Shown here piece by piece: positions 23,095-30,841 of a stretch of DNA of 64,000 nucleotides. The notes under the pieces were generated by a model. That model was not told where the DNA came from, did not search any database, and was given only the letters and a program-made list of their open reading frames with translations. Position numbers and translations under genes: made by a program. Source of the stretch: an uncultured Verrucomicrobiae bacterium (GTDB lineage: Bacteria > Verrucomicrobiota > Verrucomicrobiia > Limisphaerales > JAFGQR01); NCBI GenBank assembly GCA_963788655.1, contig CAWBHS010000017.1, positions 14,353 to 78,352 of the forward strand. The letters are read 5' to 3'. How positions within the stretch are numbered: position 1 is the first letter of the stretch; each line of letters opens with the position of its first letter.

Positions 23095-23911
23095 ACCGGG
23101 TAGGCGTAGGCGGTCACCCGCCCACGCCCCCCTAAGAACCGGACTTGAAAGTTTCCCTTCATCACGGCTCAAGCCTCTCCAAGGCCACCCCGGATGCGGG
23201 GGACCCGCGTAACCAGGAGGCCGGTGACACCCAAAGGCGTCATGGACCTTCCCAATCCCACTTGGCAATACCGGTCGGCGGCCATATCGCGCCCGGCTCC
23301 TTTGGGCCGCAGCACCGAGAGGCACCAAGCGACGGGCGTCGCTCGTCCTATGCTTCTCTCGCTTGAAGGGGTTCCGCTGATTTTCTTGCCAGGAGACACC
23401 AGATCGACGTGGGCATATCCGGTCCATTACCGACCGGCCTTGGCTTGTTCGATCCTCTTCATGCTGCCTCCCCTGGGCCTGCCTTGCGGTCGGCTTGCCT
23501 GGATACTCTCCAGGCGGGAACTGGCAGCTTTTCCATGTTCCGCATTCTCCACAGGATGGGTTAGGTCCACTCTGTACACCGGCGGTGCGCCATTCGCGTC
23601 GGGCTACGTTAGACAGCCCGAACTTGACCGCTGGCCTTCTTTTGGCCGGAGCCTTAAAACAGCCTCGTATGGCTCGTTCCTCTGACGATGCTTGCGAGTG
23701 TTCACGTGGGTTGACCCTACCATCCAATTCTAGCGCCGCACCCGGATTGAGGCTCCCAGGCTGGCTACATTGTCGGGAAGGCTTCACACCCTGGACAGTA
23801 GCCTTACGGCCGCCCGCCCAACGCATGCTTCCCTGGAATACCTGCCGCGAAAGGCAGGACTGAGTCAGGTTGCCCATGCTCAGCAGTGATGAATGCGACT
23901 TCATGTCACAA
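23095..23911 (-). mobile_element. ORF-less (internally deleted) group II intron, IIB-like, inserted in attC R' core
   Basis: 5' TTGTGACATG; domain V GAGCCGTGATGAAGGGAAACTTTCAAGTCCGGTTC; domain VI ending CCTACCCGGT; EBS1 hairpin tcgggctg-TCTAACG-tagcccga; no RT motifs. Confidence 0.9.
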
Positions 23912-24032
23912 CCAACGCCGAGGTGAGCGAGGGCTGCCGGCAGCGCCCGCTCGACTGTGAAGAAAACGGTGGAAGAACCCGGTGCTCCCGCTGCCAGACG
24001 GGGCAGCCCTTCGCTCTACCGACTGGTTGGGC
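23912..24032 (-). mobile_element. attC site 6 (R' interrupted by intron)
   Basis: R'' GCCCAAC matches cassette start GTTGGGC; long imperfect palindrome; R' GTTGG|CC. Confidence 0.85.
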
Positions 24033-24042
24033 ATTCTCGGTT

Positions 24043-24634
24043 TCATTTTGGTGCTGCGCTGGCTTCCCTCGCGAGGCGTTTGCGAATCGCCGCCAAGCTC
24101 TTCTCGTTCTCCTCGTCGGGCCACAACTCGTAAGCGCGAAGGAACTGCCTCTCCGCATTTGTAACGTCGCCCAATCCCAGATAGATGCTCCCGAGGTAGG
24201 CGTGTCCGTAATAGTAGTTGGGCTGCTTGGCGACCAACTGTTGCGCGAGGGACAGCGCAGTCTGGTAATCCAGACGGTCCATCGCGGCGCTTACCTCGCG
24301 CCAGGGACGCGCCGGCGACTGTTGCGGCGTTGTGCGCGACTCATCGTAGCGGTCTCGGTCGTGGCGAAGTATGGCCATGTAAACAACTGCCCCAGTCAAA
24401 AAAACTGCGAGGAACCATGTCTGAAGCTGTCCGATCTTCCTGAACTTCTGTAGCTCAGTCAATATGCCCGCATTGATGTTGTCGCTCCTGGCAGGTGGTG
24501 GGGACCGGAAATGCGTCCTGCTCGGGCTATCGATAGGGGGCACCCTCAGCAGCAGGCTCGAAACACGTTCCACATTCCGAGCAATGCAAGGACTCCTCTG
24601 GGTTCTCACGTCCGCAGTAGTCACACCGTTTCAT
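24043..24634 (-). CDS. cassette 6 gene: zinc-ribbon + TM + TPR protein (frameshift at G-run near 24538)
   Basis: MKRCDYCGREN...HCSECGT N-terminus; GHAYLGSIYLGLGDVTNAERQFLRAYEL TPR. Confidence 0.7.
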
Positions 24635-24654
24635 ATTTGCCCCTGAATGATGTT

Positions 24655-24750
24655 GCCCAACGCCGAGATCACCCATGAGCGGCATCCCAATACCGCTCAA
24701 ATTCTAAACCGACGTGCTTGCCGCTCATTGGGTGAATCGATTGGTTCGGA
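24655..24750 (-). mobile_element. attC site 5
   Basis: R'' TCCGAAC ... R' GTTGGGC; stem cacccaatgagcggca/tgccgctcatgggtg. Confidence 0.88.
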
Positions 24751-24751
24751 T

Positions 24752-25057
24752 TCATTTCGTCTCTTTCAGGTCAGGCTGATACTGGGTGTCGATCAAATCA
24801 TAATCCCTGCGGATGCGAGACAATGGATCCTGGTCTGGGAGGATCCGTCTCGAATTGGGCAACATCTTCGCTGGGTCAGCAGGGGGCAGCGTGAGATGGA
24901 ATCTCTGCGTCTGAACCTGAGTGAAGGTGAAGACTGGTCCAATTGGGGCACGCCTACTCGAAGTGGTCTGAGAAGGTACAAGCAGGCAAAAGCAAAGCAC
25001 GAATCCCCCACAAAATCCGGCTAGTCCCCAAAGTATATGTTTTGATCTGGCATTCAT
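24752..25057 (-). CDS. cassette 5 gene: small membrane-anchored hypothetical protein
   Basis: ORF fills the cassette; stop directly before R''; N-terminal TM. Confidence 0.65.
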   Translation of the reverse strand: MNARSKHILWGLAGFCGGFVLCFCLLVPSQTTSSRRAPIGPVFTFTQVQTQRFHLTLPPADPAKMLPNSRRILPDQDPLSRIRRDYDLIDTQYQPDLKETK

Positions 25058-25084
25058 AAAATGCGGGCGACGGATGCTTTTGTT

Positions 25085-25211
25085 TCCGAACAACCAAGCT
25101 CACCGATCCGCGCCGGGCGGGACGGTCGAGCGTGAAAGAAACGATGGAAAAACCAACTGAGCAACGAGCGGAGGATCGGGGCGCGGATTCGTGTGCAGCG
25201 CTTGGTTCGGC
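25085..25211 (-). mobile_element. attC site 4
   Basis: R'' GCCGAAC ... R' GTTCGGA; stem atccgcgcc/ggcgcggat. Confidence 0.88.
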
Positions 25212-25482
25212 GTTTGATGAGATAGCTGTGGACGCTGCTCTAAGACGGATAAGGGCAACCCAAAACGTCGAAGACCAGACCGGTCGCTACAAATACCCAG
25301 ACTGCGCAGATGTGCTGGCCGCAGAAGTCGAACGCCTGCGATCTGTCTCCGAAAAGCAGCAGTGGCGGATAACCAGCCTACAACAAGACATGCGCACGAT
25401 AATGGACGTTACTCGATGGGAACACCAAGCGCACCAGATCGCCAAGCGCGCTCTGACGCCGAACAACCAAGCTGAGCGATGA
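25132..25482 (+). CDS. cassette 4 gene (antisense to array): small coiled-coil hypothetical protein, phage-like
   Basis: starts in attC4 (GTG 25132 or ATG 25144), stops in attC3; LAAEVERLR coiled coil. Confidence 0.65.
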   Translation: MKETMEKPTEQRAEDRGADSCAALGSAFDEIAVDAALRRIRATQNVEDQTGRYKYPDCADVLAAEVERLRSVSEKQQWRITSLQQDMRTIMDVTRWEHQAHQIAKRALTPNNQAER

Positions 25483-25555
25483 GTGCCCCATCCCAAACTC
25501 CCGAACTGCCAATCAGCGTGGCGGGGCACTCATTCGCTCCAGCGCCTGGTTCGGC
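25458..25555 (-). mobile_element. attC site 3
   Basis: R'' GCCGAAC ... R' GTTCGGC; stem atgagtgcccc/ggggcactcat. Confidence 0.88.
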
Positions 25556-26141
25556 GTTCAGGTGTGTGATGGCCGACCCGCCGTGGCAACTGACGATGCG
25601 CGGCAAACGCAAGCGCGCCAAAGAGCCAAACCTGCCGGAATCGCTACCGTATACGACGATGACTCTGGACGAAATCTGCGCTCTGCCAGTCGGTGAACTC
25701 TGTGCTGATGACTGCCACTTGTGGCTGTGGACTACCAACCAACACCTGAGAGACGGCTTTCGGGTAATGGAGGCGTGGGGCTTCCGGTATCTCGCGCCCG
25801 TCCACTGGATAAAACCGAGCGGCGTCGGCAACTGGTTCGTCCACCGCACGCAGACAATACTGATGGGATACAAGACCCGATGCCGCTTCGAGCGCGCCCG
25901 CTACCGGCCAAACATCGTGACGACTGGCGACCCGAAGCGGCACAGCGAGAAGCCGGAGGAAACATACGCGCTCATCGAATCTGTGAGCAGCGAGCCACGG
26001 CTGGAAATGTTCGCACGCCGGAAGCGTCCCGGCTGGCAGTCCTGGGGCAACGAAGTCACCAGCGACGTGATACTGACGCCGAACGTGGAGGTCACCGACC
26101 GGCAGAAAACCAGAAAGGAAACGGATGCCAAACAAACATGA
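25479..26141 (+). CDS. cassette 3 gene (antisense): MT-A70-family adenine methyltransferase
   Basis: MADPPW, HLWLWTTN, AWGF.Y..WIKP, HSEKPE, LEMFAR.RPGW..WGNE. Confidence 0.92.
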   Translation: MSAPSQTPELPISVAGHSFAPAPGSAFRCVMADPPWQLTMRGKRKRAKEPNLPESLPYTTMTLDEICALPVGELCADDCHLWLWTTNQHLRDGFRVMEAWGFRYLAPVHWIKPSGVGNWFVHRTQTILMGYKTRCRFERARYRPNIVTTGDPKRHSEKPEETYALIESVSSEPRLEMFARRKRPGWQSWGNEVTSDVILTPNVEVTDRQKTRKETDAKQT

Positions 26142-26186
26142 AACTGACACGCAGGCAGCCGGTTCGCGTGAACCGATTGGTTCGGT
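26078..26186 (-). mobile_element. attC site 2
   Basis: R'' ACCGAAC matches cassette start GTTCGGT; R' GTTCGGC. Confidence 0.85.
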
Positions 26187-26493
26187 GATCCCGGCCCCGT
26201 GGGGTGGCATGGAATGGAAACATGCCTTGATGGCTCGAAACCTAATGTCATCCCGAAAATGGATATGCCGGACCGAGTGGGGGCGTGAATTTGTTATTGC
26301 GTTCAAAGAACCGGGTCCAATTGCGCTACTCTGCATTGAGGATCGGCTGTGGCCAGTTAAGCCGTATTCACCGAACGTCCCGGATCACCGACCGCCGCCG
26401 GAAACGGGCGCTGGCAGCGAATCCAGCGTCCAAAGTATGCGGTGCGTCCTAACCGAAGTGCGGGGCGGCGGTTCGAGTGAATCCGATTGTTAG
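26125..26493 (+). CDS. cassette 2 gene (antisense): small hypothetical protein
   Basis: AAAGGAA RBS and ATG inside attC2; reads through attC1 to TAG in its R'' core. Confidence 0.55.
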   Translation: MPNKHETDTQAAGSREPIGSVIPAPWGGMEWKHALMARNLMSSRKWICRTEWGREFVIAFKEPGPIALLCIEDRLWPVKPYSPNVPDHRPPPETGAGSESSVQSMRCVLTEVRGGGSSESDC

Positions 26494-26495
26494 CC
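26370..26495 (-). mobile_element. attC site 1
   Basis: R'' GGCTAAC matches first core GTTAGCC; R' GTTCGGT; stem accgccgcc/ggcggcggt. Confidence 0.88.
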
Positions 26496-26496
26496 G

Positions 26497-26970
26497 TCAT
26501 CGTTCTAAAAGTGGTAAATCCTTCCGCGCATCTCTAACGTAATCCTCCAACGTGGTCACTCGCTTGATGTAGTCAGGATCACTAAGCATACCCTTCAAAG
26601 ATGCCAGCATCCGCAAGGACCAATCACATCGAACCAACTCCTCTCGGTGTGACTCTGAATACTTGATAATTACGCGAGCAAGAACAGACATCCTCTCAAG
26701 GTCCTGTTTGTCTGCTGTCTCGTTGAGCTTCCGCAATTCCGTCAGGCTCGACTCAAGACTCATGATGCCGTGGGCGCGCAATTCGTCTGGGGTGTCCTTG
26801 TAACCGGGCTTGTCCATGACCTTATCCGCCGCTTTCATAGTAGTCACAGCGTCCACCGCAGAAGCGTAATAGCTCTGATAAAGTGCTCGACGACACTGGG
26901 AATGTCTCTGGCACCCTTGGCAAAGCAGCAACAGCGTAAGAAATGTGACTGATAATCTCATGGCGGCCAC
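26497..26970 (-). CDS. cassette 1 gene: putative lipoprotein
   Basis: MRLSVTFLTLLLLCQGC lipobox-like start; lower GC; fills the cassette exactly. Confidence 0.75.
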   Translation of the reverse strand: MAAMRLSVTFLTLLLLCQGCQRHSQCRRALYQSYYASAVDAVTTMKAADKVMDKPGYKDTPDELRAHGIMSLESSLTELRKLNETADKQDLERMSVLARVIIKYSESHREELVRCDWSLRMLASLKGMLSDPDYIKRVTTLEDYVRDARKDLPLLER

Positions 26971-27006
26971 GGCTAACTATAATTATGCGGAACTGAGTTC
27001 CGCATA
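26971..27006 (-). mobile_element. attI-like site
   Basis: core GTTAGCC with no cognate R''; AT-rich spacer and palindrome TATGCGGAAC-tca-GTTCCGCATA. Confidence 0.65.
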
Positions 27007-27123
27007 TCATGGGTTACACCCAGGCAGAATGACCGGATTTGTGGCCTCGGAGTTCCGCTTTTCATGGAGCCATTCCCAAGCCTCTCCGCCGGTCCTAATG
27101 GTGGTTTCCGCCACATATCGGCC

Positions 27124-27151
27124 ATGTTAATCCCCTCACCTCCAATGTCAA
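27124..27151 (-). promoter_or_regulatory. Pc-like sigma70 promoter facing the cassette array
   Basis: TTGACA-N16-TAACAT about 150 bp upstream of the attI core. Confidence 0.55.
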
Positions 27152-27650
27152 GCAAAACCTAATAGTGCCTTGATTTGCAGGACTTTTGAACCATCCTCCG
27201 TGCTGACCCGAGCGCTGATCTCCGGGGGATGAGTCGGTGAATGCTCCCCGCCAGCGGCCATACTTGGGGCTCGACTCCTGGCGACCCGGGCCGGTAATAT
27301 GCCGAACCCAGATGAGGCCACCAAAAGCCGAACTGCCCCGACGCTGGTGGGCACGCTTCGCCTGCAAGTCAGAACCATCAATTCTTCCTGGCCGAACAGC
27401 TTAAAGGAAGTTGGGGCGAAATCGGTGGGAGGGTTTATAGCTGACCGCGAGCAGTGACCCACCGGAAAATGGAAATTACAGCCCAAGGCAACGAAATCGC
27501 CGGGCGGTGAGAAATTTGAACATACCGGTCGTTCAATAGCCTCGATGGGGGGCAGAACGGAGTCTGAATTTTTCCTTGGAAAGTGTGGGCTTACGGAGCC
27601 TCCTGGCGTTGGCTAACGTGCAATCACGCTGCCAAAGCAACCCAATCGTC

Positions 27651-29939
27651 ATGAAGTTTTCGCCGTTTGCTGGCTGCCTGGTTGGAAGTCTGGCCGTGCT
27701 GGCAGGCTCCGCCGGCGCTGCCCAAGGCCCGGGCTCAACTATCTGGGGCCAAGTCGTCCTCAAACAGCCCTTTGACAAAGCACCGTTCCGCCCGGTGGCG
27801 ATTCCGGATTGGGTTGGGGATACCGTGGGGGTCGGTTACACGCTCTCCGGGCAAAGCACCGAACAACGCGCCCGGGCGGCGGCGGCGGGAGTGTCGATCA
27901 GCGAATTGATCTTTGTGGATCCGTTGTTCGTGTATTACGACAGTGACTTGTTGCACCAGCGCAGTCCGCACGTGCCGCCGGACCGGTTAACCAACGATAT
28001 TGCTGAATACAAACGGCTCGGCATCCGCATTTTGGCGGTATATCCGCCGTGTTTGCAGGGCGAGGTTTATGCCCAGCATCCCGATTGGCGACGGATTCCC
28101 ACGAACACACGGGACATCCCGCAAGTGGATCTGGCTCGTTATCCCCACGGTGGCATGCTGTGTGTGCTCGGGCCGTACGGGGATTTCTTCATCGAGGTAC
28201 TGGCCGAGATTGCCAATCGGTTTCCGGTCGTTGACGCCTTCAGTTTCGACGGTCTGCACTACGGCGGGGTGTGTTATTGCGCGCATTGCCGCGACGCGTT
28301 CCGCCAGGAAACGGGCGGGGAAATTCCGGACGTCAACCTGGATGATCCGAAATTCCGCCGGTATCAGCATTGGGCCGACCGGAGGATGGAGAATCTCGTG
28401 CAACGGATGCAGACGCGACTGAAAGGTATCAAGCCGACTCTGGCGCTGGTGACCTGGAGCACGAATGCCGGGCGCTTTGGTCATTTGCGCGACATCCCCC
28501 GGAACATGCCGGCGCGGATGAACCTGTTGCTCGACGCGCCCGATCAGGAGTTCTGGCTCGACGAGAGCAACCGCGGCACCACGATCCTGCCCGCCTTCGC
28601 CAACGCGTATATCTGGGCGGTGAGCAATCATCGGGTGGCCTTCAGCGAACCCTACCTGATGTCGCACGGCAATCCGTACGGCAAGGACAGCTTTCCCGCG
28701 CACGAAATCGAGCGGCGCATGCTCCTGGCCATTACGCATGGAGCCGGCTGCAGCATCGCGGTCGGGCAACCGCCGAATCTCCAACCGGCGATCGATCATT
28801 GCCTGGCCGAAGTGCAGCGGCGCAAACCCTGGTTGACGCACAAGTCACCCGAGCCCTGGGCGGCGCTGGTGATGAGCGACAACACGCGCAACTTCTACGG
28901 CCGCAGCCCGGGACAGGTCGAGGAACGTTACCTGGCTAATGTGCTGGGCTTCTTTCGGGCGGCGTTGGAAGCGCACTTGCCATTGACCATCATCAATGAT
29001 TGGAACCTGACCACGAATGACCTGGCTCCCTTCAAAGTGCTGGTGTTGCCCAACACCGCCTGTTTGGACGAAGCGCAGGTGGCGGCGATTGAGAATTTCG
29101 TGGCGCGCGGCGGCGGATTGGTGGGGAGTGTCGATGTATCGTTGGCCGATGAGTTTGGCGATCCGCGGTCGGTGCCGGCATTGGCCCGCGTCTTTGGCGT
29201 GAAGGTATTGGGCGCGCCGCGCACGGGGCCGGCGAACCGCCAACTCGACGTCAATTTTGCGAAGGCCCTTGACGCGAGCTATTGGGAAAAGCGCCAAGGG
29301 ATCTGGGATTTTCAACGGGCGCCCGGCAGCTTTCTCGATTCGCCGCGGATGGAGGAATACTTGGGCAACGATCCGGTCACGTTCAAAGGCCAGGCGATCC
29401 ACGTGGCGCCCCTCGGTTCGGAAGCCTCGGCGATTGGCCGGTTGCGTCCCAAGCCGGGCATTGCCGGGGAAACCATTCCCGCGATTGTCACGAACACCTA
29501 CGGGCGGGGGCGGACTGTTTTCCTGGCTGCCGGTTTTGATTCGGCGTACTACCTCTACCCGTATCCGTATCAACGGCTGATTCTCGAACAAGCCGTCACC
29601 TGGGCTGCCGCCACGCCGCCGCCGGTGGTGGTTACGGCACCAATGTGCGTGCAGGCGGTCACGATGCGCCAGCGCTGGCGGGGCGAACGTTTGGTGGTGC
29701 ATTTGTTCAACGATGTGAATACCACCGCCAACCATGCGTTCCCGGTCGATGATGTGCCGTTGCGCGAGGAAACTTTGCCGATTTATGACATCAAGGTGAC
29801 GTTCCACGGGTATGATCTGTCCCGCGTCCACCTTGAGCCGGAAGGCCTGGAATTGGTTCTCCACCGAACCGCGAACGCGGTGGAAGTGGTGGTTCCCCGC
29901 CTGGATATTCACAGCATGGTCGTGGCCGAGTTGCGATAA
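27651..29939 (+). CDS. secreted GH42/GHL6-like glycoside hydrolase with beta-galactosidase trimerisation domain
   Basis: signal peptide, FSFDG..CYCAHC, KVLVLPNTACL...FVARGGGLV. Confidence 0.75.
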   Translation: MKFSPFAGCLVGSLAVLAGSAGAAQGPGSTIWGQVVLKQPFDKAPFRPVAIPDWVGDTVGVGYTLSGQSTEQRARAAAAGVSISELIFVDPLFVYYDSDLLHQRSPHVPPDRLTNDIAEYKRLGIRILAVYPPCLQGEVYAQHPDWRRIPTNTRDIPQVDLARYPHGGMLCVLGPYGDFFIEVLAEIANRFPVVDAFSFDGLHYGGVCYCAHCRDAFRQETGGEIPDVNLDDPKFRRYQHWADRRMENLVQRMQTRLKGIKPTLALVTWSTNAGRFGHLRDIPRNMPARMNLLLDAPDQEFWLDESNRGTTILPAFANAYIWAVSNHRVAFSEPYLMSHGNPYGKDSFPAHEIERRMLLAITHGAGCSIAVGQPPNLQPAIDHCLAEVQRRKPWLTHKSPEPWAALVMSDNTRNFYGRSPGQVEERYLANVLGFFRAALEAHLPLTIINDWNLTTNDLAPFKVLVLPNTACLDEAQVAAIENFVARGGGLVGSVDVSLADEFGDPRSVPALARVFGVKVLGAPRTGPANRQLDVNFAKALDASYWEKRQGIWDFQRAPGSFLDSPRMEEYLGNDPVTFKGQAIHVAPLGSEASAIGRLRPKPGIAGETIPAIVTNTYGRGRTVFLAAGFDSAYYLYPYPYQRLILEQAVTWAAATPPPVVVTAPMCVQAVTMRQRWRGERLVVHLFNDVNTTANHAFPVDDVPLREETLPIYDIKVTFHGYDLSRVHLEPEGLELVLHRTANAVEVVVPRLDIHSMVVAELR

Positions 29940-30035
29940 TCGTGTCCGCCGCTTCCGGAACGACTCCGGAGGCGCAGGTGGCGATTCCAGAACTTTCTTT
30001 GAAAGGATTCCTCCGATTTTCTTAATTATAGGATA

Positions 30036-30226
30036 GAGGCATCCAAGCCTCCCCGTGAATGCGGGATGACCGCCCGATAACGGAGGTCAGGCCTCGGGCC
30101 GCGCGAAATTGTGGGTCGTGCGGCCCGCCTGATGCGCTCTTGCACACAAGAGCGGGTGGTTGCGAGTCACCGTGCCCCGGGATAAGTCCCCGGGGCCGGT
30201 GCCGCCCTCGCTGGCGCCGATCAGGC
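30036..30226 (+). ncRNA. candidate structured RNA (4 hairpins plus a 5-way junction), family unknown, strand tentative
   Basis: back-to-back stems with G-U pairs; GCCTGAT/ATCAGGC closes four hairpins; promoter-like AT-rich segment just upstream. Confidence 0.45.
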
Positions 30227-30383
30227 AACGCAAAATGAAAAGGAGAACCACCCCATTCAGAATCACAAAGTCATTACTGATGAGCCGGCAGCGCCGAGAG
30301 GAAAGCACGGCAAGCGCGAAGGGATCAGGCCCAAAGAAAGTTGGTGCGAAATTGGAGGGAAGGTTTAAGCTGACCGCGAGCTT

Positions 30384-30827
30384 ATGGAAATACAAGTTGC
30401 CGTTTTGTGCGATGCCGCCACCGATTATGGTGGGAAACTGAATTTGCTGGGCGCGTTTGACACCATCCACGCGGCCCGGATGCCCGCGGTGCATCCGCAA
30501 TGCTCGATTGCCTTGCGGATGAGCTTCAACAAGATCGAGGAAGGCAATCACCGGATTCGCATCAATTTCGTCGATGAAGATGGCAAGTCGGTGCTCAAGG
30601 CCCGCGACGCGGAAGGCCAACCAGTGTTCAAGCCCATCGAGTTGACTCTGCCGGTCACGGTTCCCGACGACACCATCTTTGTCTCGCGCAATTTGGTGGT
30701 GAACATGCAGAACATCCAGTTTGAAAAACCGGGTTTGTACGCAGTGGACCTTGCCATGGACGGCCGACAGGAAGGCAGCATTCCGCTGCTGGTCAAGCAC
30801 GTCGAACCCAAACAAGCGCCGGCTTAA
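30384..30827 (+). CDS. conserved hypothetical protein (DUF6941-like)
   Basis: LCDAATDYGGKLNLLGAFDTI...FEKPGLYAVDL. Confidence 0.75.
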   Translation: MEIQVAVLCDAATDYGGKLNLLGAFDTIHAARMPAVHPQCSIALRMSFNKIEEGNHRIRINFVDEDGKSVLKARDAEGQPVFKPIELTLPVTVPDDTIFVSRNLVVNMQNIQFEKPGLYAVDLAMDGRQEGSIPLLVKHVEPKQAPA

Positions 30828-30841
30828 TTATCGTTGGCCCT

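Noticed and set aside
23074..23904. 276-aa ORF as intron-encoded protein
   Set aside because: Spans RNA structural domains and has no RT or YADD motifs.
24647..25024. + strand ORF reading PN...GS through attC5
   Set aside because: Shadow of a forward cassette gene with a TM anchor; stops mid-cassette; no protein features.
22650..26500. CRISPR array
   Set aside because: Repeats are diverged attC hairpins separated by gene-sized units; no cas genes.
27010..27650. Integron integrase remnant
   Set aside because: No tyrosine recombinase motifs in the ORFs or frames inspected.
30277..30325. CTGATGA...GAAA hammerhead-like core
   Set aside because: No stem II closing G-C pair before GAAA and no convincing stems I/III.
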